DNA from: an uncultured Thermoplasmata archaeon
GTDB taxonomy: Archaea; Thermoplasmatota; Thermoplasmata; RBG-16-68-12
Length of the DNA: 64,000 nt
NCBI GenBank assembly: GCA_963768855.1
Contig: CAVYJM010000006.1
Span: forward strand, 352,001 to 416,000
Reading direction: 5' to 3'
The notes below the pieces were generated by a model. It saw nothing but the letters and a program-made list of their open reading frames with translations, had not been told where the DNA came from and did no database searches. A program made the translations under genes and the position numbers. Positions within the stretch are counted from its first letter, which is position 1. Each line of letters begins with the position of its first letter. This document shows, in pieces, positions 9,884 to 22,006 of this stretch.

Positions 9884-12418
9884 TCAGCCTTCGGGCGGGG
9901 GCGCCGGCGGCGGGGGAGGCGCCGGGGCTGCGTCCGTCGCGCCCACCGCGGCCTCTTCTTCCCGAGAGCTCACGAGGCGCACGACCGCGGTCACCTTGTC
10001 GCCTTCGGCCAGCCGCTGGATCCGGACGCCCCGCGCGGAGCGGCCCGTCTCGCGGATGTCCTCGACCGGGCACCGGATCACGACGCCGACGACGGTCGTC
10101 ACGAGGATCTCGTCGCCCGGCTCGACCTCGACCGCGCCGACGACCGTGCTGCGGCCGACCTTCATGTTCGTCGTCACGACGCCCTGGCTCCCCCGCCGGG
10201 TCTTGCGGTACTCCTTGACTTTCGTCCGCTTCCCGTACCCGCTCTCGAGGAGGGTCAGGACCTCCGTCTCCGGGTTCTTCACGATGGCCATCGAGACCAC
10301 GCGGTCGCCCTTGCGGAGCCGCATGCCGCGGACCCCCGCCGCGGTCCGCCCCATGGACCGCACCTCGCTCAGGTTGAACCGGTTCGCGTAGCCGCCCGCG
10401 CTCGCGAGGACGACCTCCTCGTTCCCGTCCGCGAGGCGCGCCTCCACGAGCTCGTCGCCCTCGTTGAGGTCGATCGCACGGATCCCCCGGATGTTCGGAC
10501 GCTGGAAGGCGTCCAGGCGGGTCTGCTTGATTCTTCCCAGCTTCGTGGCGAAGACGATCGTCCGCAGCGGGTCGAACTCCTTCACGGCGATCATGTCGAG
10601 GATCTTTTCGTTCGGCTCGAGGCGGGGGAGGAGGTTCACGATGGGTTTGCCCTTCGCGTACCGCGACCCCACGGGGATCTTGTAGGTCTTGAGCCAGTAG
10701 CACTGGCCCTTGCTCGAGAAGAACAGGATGTAGTCGTGCGTCGAGGCGGTGAAGAGGTTGACGACGAAGTCCTCCTCCTTCGTCTCCATCCCCGTGACCC
10801 CCTTGCCGCCGCGCCGCTGCGTGCGGTACGTCTGCGTGGGCAGCCGCTTGATGTATCCCGTGTTCGTGATCGTGACGACGACGTCTTCCTCGGGGATGAG
10901 GTCCTCGACCTCCATGTCCGTCGCCTGGACCTCGATCGACGTCCGCCGCTTGTCCCCGAACTTCTCCTTCATCGCGGCGAGCTCGTCCTTGATGATCTGG
11001 AGGATCCGCTCGCGCGATGCGAGGATCGCCTCGAGTCCCTCGATCTTCTTCGTCAGGTCCCGCTGCTCCTGCCTCAGCTTCTCGATCTCCAGGCCGGTCA
11101 GCTGGCGCAGGGTCATCGACAGGATCGCGTTCGCCTGGAGGTCGCTCAGGAGATAGCGGCTCATCAGGCCGGCACGCGCCTCCTCCACGGTCTGCGAGTG
11201 GCGGATGAGGCGGATGACCTCGTCGATGTGGTCGACGGCGGTGATCAGGCCCTCGACGATGTGGAGGCGCTCGCGCGCCTTGCGGAGGTCGAACTCCGTC
11301 CGCCGGCGGACCATCGCGATGCGGTGGTCGATGTAGACCTGGAGCTCCTCCTTCAGGGGGAGGTACCTCGGCCTCCCGTCCACCAGGGCGAGGTTGATCA
11401 CGCCGAAGGTCGTCTCCATCTGGGTGTGGTGGTAGAGCTGGTTGAGGACGACATCCTCGATCGCATCCCGCTTAAGTTCGAGGACAATCCGCATGCCCTC
11501 GCGATCGCTCTCGTCGCGAAGATCGGTCACGCCCTCAATCTTCTTCGACTTGACCAACAACGCAATGGACTCGACCAGGGACGCCTTGTTGACCATGTAT
11601 GGGATTTCGGTGATCACGATCCGGACCTTCTCGCGCCCGGTTTCCTCGAACTTGGCCCGCGCGCGGATGGAGATCAGCCCGCGCCCGGAGCGGTAGGCCT
11701 CCGCGACGCCCTCGATCCCGTACAGGATGCCGCCCGTCGGGAAGTCGGGGCCCCGGATGGGCCCTTTCTCCGGGTCGAAGAGGTCCCGCAGCTCCGCCGC
11801 GGGGTTGTCGATGAGGATCGTGAGCGCGTCGACGACCTCGTTCAGGTTGTGGGGGGGCATGTTCGTCGCCATGCCGACCGCGATGCCGCTGGAGCCGTTG
11901 ACGAGGAGGTTGGGGAATTTGGACGGCAGGACGAGGGGCTCCTTGAGCGTCCCGTCGAAGTTGTCCATCCAGTCGACCGTGTCCTTCTCGATGTCCTCGA
12001 GCATGGCCTCGGCCGTCTTCGCGAGGCGGCACTCCGTGTACCGCATCGCGGCGGGCTCGTCCTCCGTGCTCCCCCAGTTGCCCTGGCCGTCGATGAGCGG
12101 GTAGCGCAGGGAGAAGTCCTGGACCATGCGGGCGGCCGTGTCGTAGATCGCGATGTCTCCGTGCGGGTGGTACTTGCCCAGGATTTCGCCGACCACCCGC
12201 GCGGCCTTCTTGTACTGGCCCCCCGCGCTCATCCCGAGCTCGTTCATCCCGTGGAGGATCCTGCGCTGGACGGGCTTCAGGCCGTCCCGTGCGTCCGGGA
12301 TCGCGCGGGAGACGATGACGGAGACGGCGTAGTCGATGTAGGAGCGCTGCATCTCGTCCTCGATGGGCTGCAGGATGACCCGCCGTTGGATTGGTTGCGG
12401 CGCTTCCTCGTCCGGCAT
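9884..12418 (-). CDS. gyrA: DNA gyrase subunit A
   Basis: [24 protein letters not shown], catalytic AAMRYTE, GyrA-box QRRGGKG, C-terminal pinwheel repeats. Confidence 0.98.
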   Translation of the reverse strand: MPDEEAPQPIQRRVILQPIEDEMQRSYIDYAVSVIVSRAIPDARDGLKPVQRRILHGMNELGMSAGGQYKKAARVVGEILGKYHPHGDIAIYDTAARMVQDFSLRYPLIDGQGNWGSTEDEPAAMRYTECRLAKTAEAMLEDIEKDTVDWMDNFDGTLKEPLVLPSKFPNLLVNGSSGIAVGMATNMPPHNLNEVVDALTILIDNPAAELRDLFDPEKGPIRGPDFPTGGILYGIEGVAEAYRSGRGLISIRARAKFEETGREKVRIVITEIPYMVNKASLVESIALLVKSKKIEGVTDLRDESDREGMRIVLELKRDAIEDVVLNQLYHHTQMETTFGVINLALVDGRPRYLPLKEELQVYIDHRIAMVRRRTEFDLRKARERLHIVEGLITAVDHIDEVIRLIRHSQTVEEARAGLMSRYLLSDLQANAILSMTLRQLTGLEIEKLRQEQRDLTKKIEGLEAILASRERILQIIKDELAAMKEKFGDKRRTSIEVQATDMEVEDLIPEEDVVVTITNTGYIKRLPTQTYRTQRRGGKGVTGMETKEEDFVVNLFTASTHDYILFFSSKGQCYWLKTYKIPVGSRYAKGKPIVNLLPRLEPNEKILDMIAVKEFDPLRTIVFATKLGRIKQTRLDAFQRPNIRGIRAIDLNEGDELVEARLADGNEEVVLASAGGYANRFNLSEVRSMGRTAAGVRGMRLRKGDRVVSMAIVKNPETEVLTLLESGYGKRTKVKEYRKTRRGSQGVVTTNMKVGRSTVVGAVEVEPGDEILVTTVVGVVIRCPVEDIRETGRSARGVRIQRLAEGDKVTAVVRLVSSREEEAAVGATDAAPAPPPPPAPPPEG

Positions 12419-12426
12419 GGCTCACC

Positions 12427-14358
<1,932 letters not shown>

Positions 14359-14438
14359 CTATTTCGAAACCTTCTTACGCGCGATTTTGTGGGCTCGTTT
14401 CGCCCATCCCTTCGGACGTCTGGAGTATACGCGGCCCA

Positions 14439-14446
14439 TTTATAAA
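14439..14446. promoter_or_regulatory. TATA box TTTATAAA upstream of gyrB
   Basis: Palindromic AT-rich octamer in a GC-rich intergenic region ~80 bp before the gyrB start. Confidence 0.5.
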
Positions 14447-14584
14447 CGTTCTCAGGCGGTTTCTATGGAGAAAAATGGGGTCGGGAAAAGGGGTCGTCTT
14501 TGGCTCATGGGCTTATATACTATAGCACGGGGTAGAACGCTGCATCATTCTCACGTTTGAGATCCAGTTGGCGGGGACCTCTCC

Positions 14585-14602
14585 GCATCCGCGTTCGGAT
14601 GC
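14585..14602 (-). terminator. Hairpin directly after the cysS stop
   Basis: GCATCCG-CGTT-CGGATGC, perfect 7-bp stem. Confidence 0.35.
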
Positions 14603-14603
14603 C

Positions 14604-16025
14604 TCACCGCCGCTTCCACCGGACCCCGTCGCGCGTGTCCTCGAGCACGATGCCGAGATCGTGGAGCTCGGTCCGGATCCGGTCCGCGGTGGCGAAGTCC
14701 TTGCGCTTCCGCGCGTCCTCGCGGGTCCGGATGAGGTCCTCGATCTTGCGTGCGTCGAGCCCCGCGCCGGTCCCCCGTCCGCGGAACAGGCCGAGGATCT
14801 GTCCGAAGCTTTCGAACGCATCCTTCACGCCGCCGAGCGCCGCGCGTCCCGCGCCGGCGCCGATGGCCCGGTTCACCTCTCGCGCGTATTCGAAGACCGC
14901 GGCCAGGGCCTCCCTCGTGTTGAAGTCGTCCGACATGGCCTCGTCGAACCGGGCGCGGGTCTTTCGGGTGGCCGAAGCGAGCGCCTCGTCGCCGGGGCCG
15001 ACCTCCGGGGGCGACCGGAGGGCCGCCTCGAGGTTCCTCAGGGTCTCGCGCAGGCGCTCGTAGGATCGGCCCGCCTCCTCGATGGCCTCGGGGCTGAAGT
15101 CGATCGGGGAGCGGTAGTGGGCGTTCACCAGGAAGAAACGGACGACCTCCGGGTCCCAGCGGGCGATCGCGTCCTTGATCGCCCAGAAGTTTCCGAGGGA
15201 CTTGTGCATCTCCTCGCCCTTGACCATGAGCATGCCGCCGTGCATCCAGTACCGGACGAACGGCTTCACGCCCGTGTAGGCCTCTGCCTGGGCGACCTCG
15301 GCCTCGTGGTGCGGGAACATCAGCTCCGTCGCGCCCCCGTGCAGGTCGTACTGCGGACCGAAGCGGCTGATCGTGATCGCGGTGTCCTCGATGTGCCACC
15401 CGGGTCGCCCCTTCCCCCACGGGCTGTCCCAAGCAGGCTCGCCAGGCTTCTGCGCCTTCCAGAGAGCGAAGTCCGCGGGGTTCCGTTTCGTCTCATCGAC
15501 CGCGACCCGCGCGCCGGGCCTCAGCTCCTCCATCTTCTGGCCGCTGAGCTTGCCCCAGTCCGCAAACTTCGTCGTGTCGTAGTACACGCCCGTCTCGGTC
15601 ACGTAGGCGTAGCCTCGATCCACGAGGCCTTGGATCTGCTGCAGGATCTCCGGGATGTGGTCCGTCGCGTACGCGTACACGTCGACCGACGTGCAGTTCA
15701 GGGCCTGCATGCCCTCCTGGTACTCGCCGTAGAAGTGACGGACGATCTCCTTCCAGTCCTTCCCGGTCTCCCGCATCTTGTCGATGATGCGGTCCTCGAT
15801 GTCCGTCACGTTCTGCAGGTAGAACACCGCGTAGCCGCGCGAGCGCAGGTATCGCGCGACGACGTCGAACGTGACGTAGGTCTTCGCGTGCCCGAGGTGC
15901 GCCTGGTCCTGCGGGGTGATGCCGCAGACGAACATGGAGACCTGCCGGTCGTGGAGCGGCGTGAAGAGCTCCTTCGATCGCGACAGGGTGTTGTACACCT
16001 GGATGGGCGGCACCTCGTCGGTCAT
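14604..16025 (-). CDS. cysS: Cysteine--tRNA ligase (class I)
   Basis: VCG..HLGH (HIGH), QNVTDIEDRII, DFALWK, GRPGWHIEDTA, FPHHEAE, EMHKSLGN, DDFNT. Confidence 0.95.
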   Translation of the reverse strand: MTDEVPPIQVYNTLSRSKELFTPLHDRQVSMFVCGITPQDQAHLGHAKTYVTFDVVARYLRSRGYAVFYLQNVTDIEDRIIDKMRETGKDWKEIVRHFYGEYQEGMQALNCTSVDVYAYATDHIPEILQQIQGLVDRGYAYVTETGVYYDTTKFADWGKLSGQKMEELRPGARVAVDETKRNPADFALWKAQKPGEPAWDSPWGKGRPGWHIEDTAITISRFGPQYDLHGGATELMFPHHEAEVAQAEAYTGVKPFVRYWMHGGMLMVKGEEMHKSLGNFWAIKDAIARWDPEVVRFFLVNAHYRSPIDFSPEAIEEAGRSYERLRETLRNLEAALRSPPEVGPGDEALASATRKTRARFDEAMSDDFNTREALAAVFEYAREVNRAIGAGAGRAALGGVKDAFESFGQILGLFRGRGTGAGLDARKIEDLIRTREDARKRKDFATADRIRTELHDLGIVLEDTRDGVRWKRR

Positions 16026-16108
16026 GGGCCCGTGTTGATGCGGGGCGGCTCTATTAAAGTTCCTCCGGGCCGACGGGACTTAAGAGACGCCCCGTCCATT
16101 CGGGACCC

Positions 16109-16792
16109 GTGACGATCCCGATGACGGCCCCGGGACGCACCGTCGAGACGCTCCGCGTCGCGGCCCGACGGCGGCTCCTCTTCGCGGCGTCGTTCCTCGC
16201 CCTCGGCGCGTTGTTCGTCGCGGTCGCCCAGGCGTTCCTCCTGATCTTCGCGCCCGTGGGGGTGGTCTCCGCGCTCATCGTGGGCGCGCTCCTCCTGGTC
16301 CTCGGCCTGAGCTCCGGGGCGTACGGCGCCGTCGTGTTCAGCCGCGCGTTCCCCCTGAGCGAGTCGGGCCGGTCCGGGCGCTTCGCGCTGCTCGCCTCCC
16401 TCCTGGTCGTGCTGCCGATCTCGACGGCGGTCACCGCGCTGTACGTCCTCTTCATCCTCCCGGAGGTTCCCGTCGAGGCGCCGACCGCGCTCGTCCTGAT
16501 CCCCGCGATCCCGTTCTTCTGGGGGCCGGTCTCTTCGGTCGCCGCGGTCGGGTTTGTGTACGCGGCGCGCGAGCTGGCGTCCGAGCGCATGGCGGTGACC
16601 GCGGCGGTCGGATGCGGCGCGATCATCGCCGTCTCTCTGTCTGCGGTCGGCGGGGCCCTCGCCGAGCCCGTGCGAGCCCTCCGGAGCGCGCGGCTCACGG
16701 AGGATCTGCTCCTGGTCGCGCTCGGGTTCCTCGCGATCGCGCTCGCCTTCCAGGTGGACGCGTGGGTCGCGCGTTCGCGGCGCGCGCCGTGA
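16109..16792 (+). CDS. Hypothetical multi-pass membrane protein (~6 TM)
   Basis: Alternating long hydrophobic segments; host-like codon usage. Confidence 0.7.
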   Translation: MTIPMTAPGRTVETLRVAARRRLLFAASFLALGALFVAVAQAFLLIFAPVGVVSALIVGALLLVLGLSSGAYGAVVFSRAFPLSESGRSGRFALLASLLVVLPISTAVTALYVLFILPEVPVEAPTALVLIPAIPFFWGPVSSVAAVGFVYAARELASERMAVTAAVGCGAIIAVSLSAVGGALAEPVRALRSARLTEDLLLVALGFLAIALAFQVDAWVARSRRAP

Positions 16793-16853
16793 CGGGTTGA
16801 CAGCGCCTTGTCAAAAGACTTATCCCCCGCAGGCCCGGATGCACGGCCTCACC

Positions 16854-17600
16854 ATGGCGGGAACCTCCCCCACCCTCCGTGCCCCCCGCGTGCGAGCGCT
16901 CTGGCCCCGCCAGCTGCACCGCGCCGCGATCTGCCTGTCCGCGGGGTCCGTGCTGTACTGGTTCGCCTTCGCGTTCAGCGGCTGGGCGATATGGATTGAC
17001 CACGTCGGGATTGTCTACATGGACCTGCTCCTCGCCTGGGTCGGGGTGCTGCTCAACGCCCTCGCCTGGCCGGACCTGTGGGATGGGTTGAAGGGCCTCG
17101 TGGCCTCCCACCCCGGCAAGGTCGACGCGCTCGTCGCGCGACGGTCGTTCTACGTGAGCCTCGGGCTCGTCGCGGCCGCCGTCGCGATCCTCCCGGTCCA
17201 GTACCGCGGCATCGGCCCGACGGGACTCTGGGTCCTCGTCCTCTACATCAGCGCGTTCCCCTACCTCGCGTGGCTCTTCGTGCCCACCCTTGCGCTCCAC
17301 GGTATCCTCTTCGGCCGCGTCGGGAACTTCCTCGACGGCCCGTCGCGGCGCCTCACGGACGTGGGCGCGATGGTCTTGTTCGCCGTCGCGGCGGCCACCA
17401 CCGCGATCGTCCTCCAGTCCCCCACCGCGAGCGTGTTCCTTCAGTCCTGGAGCGTCGGCTACGGGGTCCTGCCCGCCGCTGCGTGCGTGGGCTACGTCTT
17501 GGTCGCAGCGGGCCTCACGATGCACTCGCTCCCGGAGCCCGTCCCGACGCGCGGATGGGGCGCCGCGAAGACGCCGCGGGCGCCCGAGCGTTGGGCCTAG
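16854..17600 (+). CDS. Hypothetical multi-pass membrane protein (~6 TM)
   Basis: Hydrophobic segments; BRE/TATA-like caaaagacttatc ~30 bp upstream supports ATG 16854 (alternative ATG 16839). Confidence 0.7.
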   Translation: MAGTSPTLRAPRVRALWPRQLHRAAICLSAGSVLYWFAFAFSGWAIWIDHVGIVYMDLLLAWVGVLLNALAWPDLWDGLKGLVASHPGKVDALVARRSFYVSLGLVAAAVAILPVQYRGIGPTGLWVLVLYISAFPYLAWLFVPTLALHGILFGRVGNFLDGPSRRLTDVGAMVLFAVAAATTAIVLQSPTASVFLQSWSVGYGVLPAAACVGYVLVAAGLTMHSLPEPVPTRGWGAAKTPRAPERWA

Positions 17601-18721
17601 GCGAGCACCCGGCCCAGGTCCTCGAGGATGTCGTCCACATCCTCGATCCCGACGGAGAACCGAACGAGCCCGTCCGTGATGCCCTGTTTCAGCCGTTGGT
17701 CCTTCGGGACGCTGGCGTGAGTCATCGAGTCAGGGTGCTCGATGAGGGACTCGACGCCGCCGAGACTCTCCGCCAGGGTGAGGATCTGCACGCGGCGCAG
17801 GCGCTCGACCGCGTGGGCGGCGTCCTTGAGCTCGAAGCTCAGCATGCCGCCGAAGCGTCGCATCTGCTTCTTCGCGATCGCGTGACCCGGATCGTCGAGC
17901 AGGCCCGGGTAGTGGACTTTGGAGACCGCCGGGTGGCCGTGGAGGAACTTCGCGACGGCCTCCGCGTTGTCGCAGTGCCGCTCCATGCGGACCGGGAGGG
18001 TCTTGATCCCGCGCAGGACGAGCCACGCGTCGAACGCCCCGGGCACGGCGCCGAGGGCGTTCTGCGCGAACTTGAGCTTCTCGAACAGGTCCTCGCGGTC
18101 CATGACCAGGGCGCCGCCGAGGACGTCCGCGTGGCCGCCGAGGTACTTCGTCATGCTGTGCACGACCAGGTCCGCGCCAAGGCGTAGCGGGTTCTGCAGG
18201 GCGGGCGAGGCGAACGTGTTGTCACAGACGCTGATCGCCTCGTGGGCCTTCGCGATCACTGCGAGCTCCCGGATGTCCACGACCTTCATGAGCGGGTTCG
18301 TCGGGGACTCCATCCAGAGCATCCGGGTCTCCGGACGGAACGCGTCCTCCACGTCCACGAGGTCCCGCAGGTCGAGGAAGCTCGTCTCGATCCCGTAGTT
18401 CGCCATGAAGCGCGTGAAGATCCGGTAGACGCCGCCGTAGCAGTCGTCCGAGATGACGACGTGGTCCCCCTTCTTCAGGAGGCTCAGTGCGGTCGTGATG
18501 CCGCCCATCCCGCTCGAGAAAGCGAGCGCGTGCTTCGCGTCCTCGAGCGCGGCCAGGTTCGTCTCGAGCGCCGCCCGCGTCGGGTTGATCCCCCGCGCGT
18601 AGTCGTACTCCTTCTGCTCCTTCTGGGAGTATGTCGACGTCATGTAGATGGGCGGGGTCACGGCCCCGGTCCTGGGCTCCGGTTCCTGGCCGGCGTGGAT
18701 GGCCTTCGTCGCGAATCGCAT
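17597..18721 (-). CDS. Cystathionine gamma-lyase/synthase (Cys/Met metabolism PLP enzyme)
   Basis: MRFATKAIHAGQEP, PPIYMTSTY, FSSGMGG, ESPTNP, DNTFASP, HSMTKYLGGH, LAESLGGVESL; start ATG 18721. Confidence 0.93.
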   Translation of the reverse strand: MRFATKAIHAGQEPEPRTGAVTPPIYMTSTYSQKEQKEYDYARGINPTRAALETNLAALEDAKHALAFSSGMGGITTALSLLKKGDHVVISDDCYGGVYRIFTRFMANYGIETSFLDLRDLVDVEDAFRPETRMLWMESPTNPLMKVVDIRELAVIAKAHEAISVCDNTFASPALQNPLRLGADLVVHSMTKYLGGHADVLGGALVMDREDLFEKLKFAQNALGAVPGAFDAWLVLRGIKTLPVRMERHCDNAEAVAKFLHGHPAVSKVHYPGLLDDPGHAIAKKQMRRFGGMLSFELKDAAHAVERLRRVQILTLAESLGGVESLIEHPDSMTHASVPKDQRLKQGITDGLVRFSVGIEDVDDILEDLGRVLA

Positions 18722-18766
18722 CGAGATCGCCGGAGCGAGACTCACCCGCCCGGCGTAAAAGGTTTG

Positions 18767-18792
18767 CTGAGTCCCCGCGCGCGGGGACTCAG
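18767..18792. repeat. Perfect 26-bp palindrome (terminator-like hairpin)
   Basis: CTGAGTCCCCGCGCGCGGGGACTCAG equals its own reverse complement; followed by caaacctttt on the minus strand. Confidence 0.75.
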
Positions 18793-18813
18793 GGGTCGAC
18801 CGGGTGGGCGACC

Positions 18814-19569
18814 TCACCACGTGCGGGATTGGGCCGCGCGGTGGTCCCCGGAGTTTCCCGGGTCTGAGGCCCGAAGGTCGGCGACGTGCCCGTGGATCTG
18901 CAGAAGTGCGATAGCCGGGTCCGCGAGGTGGCCCTTGGCGTCCTTCTTCATCTGGCCGTACGTCTCGTTGTGCTCGCACCGCGCACGCACTCCGTGGGCG
19001 GGCGCCGACTCCGGGATGTCCGGGCAGGCCGCATGGGCCCATCCCGGCGGGACCTGGTGCCCGTTGCCGCCCGGCGGGGGCGGAGTCGCCGGGGCCGTCG
19101 TCTTGAAGGTGAGCGGGCTGCCCGTCACGAAGCCGCCACCGAGCGCCCACGCCCGGAAGTAGTACGTCGTGTTCGAACTGAGCCCCGTGAGGACGGAGCT
19201 GAGCCCTCCGGCGGCCGTTCGCGGGCCCACGGTCAGGTTCGTCATGCCCCCGAAATCCGCGAGCTCGGAGTACTGGAACCCGACGGTCACCGAGGTCGCG
19301 GTGCCCAGGCTGGTGAGATCTCCGTTCAGGGTCGCGCCGGTCAGCCCGATCGCGGTCGCAGCCTTCGTGGCGACGCCCGGCGGGGTCACCGTCGGCGGGG
19401 TCACGGGCGGGTTGTTCGTGTTGTTCCCGCCTCCGGGGGTACCCGGGTTGTTCGGGACCGTGCTCGTCGGGATCGGTTGCTGCAGCAGGAGAACCGCGAG
19501 GATCACAATCATCGCGCCAATGATCGCGGTGGTCACATAGGTCAAACGCCGCTTCTTCGTCGGATCCAT
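18814..19569 (-). CDS. Membrane-anchored protein with Pro/Thr linker and fibronectin-III-like domain
   Basis: N-terminal TM helix, NPPVTPPTVTPP linker, ATLNG..VGFQY..LTGLSSNTTYYFRAWA (FN3-like), His-rich tail. Confidence 0.7.
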   Translation of the reverse strand: MDPTKKRRLTYVTTAIIGAMIVILAVLLLQQPIPTSTVPNNPGTPGGGNNTNNPPVTPPTVTPPGVATKAATAIGLTGATLNGDLTSLGTATSVTVGFQYSELADFGGMTNLTVGPRTAAGGLSSVLTGLSSNTTYYFRAWALGGGFVTGSPLTFKTTAPATPPPPGGNGHQVPPGWAHAACPDIPESAPAHGVRARCEHNETYGQMKKDAKGHLADPAIALLQIHGHVADLRASDPGNSGDHRAAQSRTW

Positions 19570-19830
19570 GGTATGCCCTCATCCATCGGGCTGAGGCCGG
19601 GACACACCGCAGGAACCCCTCATCGCGATGCGGCCGGTGCTCGAAGCGCAGAATACGGCAGAAGATGCCTCAAGCTTCCCGTCCCACCTTGCCCGCGAAG
19701 GACAGCGGCTCCCCCCACTCAAGCGTTTCGGTCGAAAAGGGCCGTTTCCACTGGAGGAATGCTCGAAAACGGGCCTACCCCTGGGCAGGGCGTCCCCCCC
19801 GCGGAGCGCGCCGGGCCCCGCCCGGGACCG

Positions 19831-21201
19831 TCAGTCTCGTCCCGCGAGGTACTGGATGATGTCGCTGCGGGTGATGATCCCCTCGAGGCGGTTCTCCGAT
19901 CCGACGACGACCGCCGGGTTCCCGTGCAGGAGGAGCTTGTAGACCGTGTCGAGGTCGGCGCCGGGCTCCACGACCGGGAAGGGCTTATCCATGACCTTGG
20001 CGACGTGGTCGTCGTACATCCTCGGATTCTCGAGGAGGGCCTTCATCAGGACCTCCTCGCGCAGCGAGCCGACCATGATCCCGGTGTCGAGGACCGGGAG
20101 CTGGGAGATGCCGTACTGGCTCATGACGTCGACCGCCTCGCGGACCTTCGCGGCCACGTCGATCGTGATGACGCCGGGGAACTGGCCCGACTTCGAGTGC
20201 ACGATCGTGAGGAGCGGGGCGAGCGGTTCTTCGAGATAACCTTGCTCCTTGAGCCATTCCTCGTTGTGCGCCTTCGAGAGGTAGCGCAGGCCGCTGTCGG
20301 GCAAGAGGACGACGAGGACGTCGTCGGGCCCCAGGGTCTCCGCGACCCGCCTCGCGCCGACGAGCGCGGCCCCGCTCGAGCTCCCCGCCAGGAGGCCCTC
20401 TTCGCGGGTGAGCCGCCGCGTCATCAGGTACGCCTCTTTGTCCGAGACCTTCTCGACATCGTCGATGTACTGGAACCACGTGGTCCCCGGGATGAAGTCC
20501 TCGCCGATTCCCTCGATCATGTAGGGATGGCCTTTCGTTCGCTCCTTCTTGTAGAAATAGTCCTTTAGAATGGAGCCGAGCGGATCGACCCCGATGACCT
20601 TGACCCGGGGGTTCTTCTCCTTGAGGAACTTGCCGACCCCGCTGATCGTGCCGCCCGTCCCCATCCCGCACACGAAGTGCGTCACCTTGCCGTCCGTGTC
20701 CCGCCAGATCTCCGGCCCCGTCGTCTCGTAGTGGGCCTGCGGGTTCATCGGGTTCGCGTACTGGTTGGGCAGGATGGAGTTCGGCGTCTCCTTGTGGATG
20801 CGGGCCGCGACGCTGTAGTAGGACTCGGGATGCTCGGGCGCGACCGCGGTCGGCGTCACGACCACGCGGGCGCCGAAGGCCTTGAGCGCGTCAATTTTCT
20901 CGCGGCTCATCTTGTCCGGAATCGTGAACACCATCCGGTAGCCTCGGATGGCGCCGACCATCGCGAGGCCCGTGCCGGTGTTCCCGCTCGTGGGCTCGAC
21001 GATCGTGCCGCCCGCTTTCAGGTCGCCCCGCTTCTCGGCGTCCTCGATCATCTTCTGGCCGATGCGGTCCTTCACGCTGCCGCCCGGGTTGAACATCTCG
21101 AGCTTCGCGAGGACAAGCCCTTTCGTCCCCGCGAAGAGCTTCGGGAGTTTGACGAGCGGCGTGTTCCCGATCGTCTCCAGGATGCTGTTGTAGTACCGCA
21201 T
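19831..21201 (-). CDS. cbs: Cystathionine beta-synthase with C-terminal CBS pair
   Basis: IGNTPLV, KLEMFNPGGSVKDR, EPTSGNTG, GMGTGGT, IEGIGEDF, GSSSG, LPDSG; two CBS repeats; start ATG 21201. Confidence 0.92.
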   Translation of the reverse strand: MRYYNSILETIGNTPLVKLPKLFAGTKGLVLAKLEMFNPGGSVKDRIGQKMIEDAEKRGDLKAGGTIVEPTSGNTGTGLAMVGAIRGYRMVFTIPDKMSREKIDALKAFGARVVVTPTAVAPEHPESYYSVAARIHKETPNSILPNQYANPMNPQAHYETTGPEIWRDTDGKVTHFVCGMGTGGTISGVGKFLKEKNPRVKVIGVDPLGSILKDYFYKKERTKGHPYMIEGIGEDFIPGTTWFQYIDDVEKVSDKEAYLMTRRLTREEGLLAGSSSGAALVGARRVAETLGPDDVLVVLLPDSGLRYLSKAHNEEWLKEQGYLEEPLAPLLTIVHSKSGQFPGVITIDVAAKVREAVDVMSQYGISQLPVLDTGIMVGSLREEVLMKALLENPRMYDDHVAKVMDKPFPVVEPGADLDTVYKLLLHGNPAVVVGSENRLEGIITRSDIIQYLAGRD

Positions 21202-21263
21202 GGAGGCCCGATGCTCCCCCGACAAACTTGCCCATGCCCCGGGCGCTATAAGAACGTGCGCGG

Positions 21264-21926
21264 CTAGGCCGCTGGCATCGCGGGAGGCCAGGTCTGGTAG
21301 GTGGCCCAGCCGATTGCGAGGTCTCCGCCTAGGTAGGACGAACTGATGGACAGGCTGATGCGGGTCCCTGCGGGTCCGCTGTAGAAGACCCACAGGCTGG
21401 GCGGGCCCGTGCAGTTGGAGGGCTGGGCCGTGCAATTCGTGGACACCATCATCGTGGGACTCGTGTCGGGGAATACGGAGGGGCGCGGAACCGCGGACAC
21501 GGTCGTCTCGATGGTCGCCGAACCCGTGAAGCGGACGAAGAGGCCGCGCCCCTTCGGCGTGTCGACGAGACTCCAGTTCGCCGTCCCGGAGGTGAGATGG
21601 AGTCCTCCGAGGAGGCTCTCGTCCTTGGCAATTGGGGCGACAAGCGATTCGGGCGCGGTGCCGTTTCCCTGGATGGCCAGGGAGTAGCCGAAGGTCCAGG
21701 TGTTCTGGGCCACGTACGACTGGTACGCGCTGTACACGGACAGGCCGGTGACCGTGGCGAGCCCCAGAGCCAGGGCGACGATGGCGACGGCCGTGCCCCG
21801 CCGAGGTGTCCGTTGGTATCTGAAGACGGCGACCAAGAGGCCGACGAGGAGGATGGCGGCAAGGACGAGGGGCAAGGCCAATCCGAAAGCCGATTGCATC
21901 GGCGGGGCGGCCGGGGACACGGGCAT
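21264..21926 (-). CDS. Hypothetical membrane protein (2 N-terminal TM helices plus extracellular domain)
   Basis: Hydrophobic LALPLVLAAILLVGLLVAVF and AVAIVALALGLATVTG, then a Ser/Thr-rich beta domain. Confidence 0.65.
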   Translation of the reverse strand: MPVSPAAPPMQSAFGLALPLVLAAILLVGLLVAVFRYQRTPRRGTAVAIVALALGLATVTGLSVYSAYQSYVAQNTWTFGYSLAIQGNGTAPESLVAPIAKDESLLGGLHLTSGTANWSLVDTPKGRGLFVRFTGSATIETTVSAVPRPSVFPDTSPTMMVSTNCTAQPSNCTGPPSLWVFYSGPAGTRISLSISSSYLGGDLAIGWATYQTWPPAMPAA

Positions 21927-22006
21927 GCCTCCGAGTGCACAGGCGCCGCCGGGACCATGAAAGCTTCTAGATTGTTCGGTTCCGGCCGACGCCGGCCGCC
22001 GTGCCA

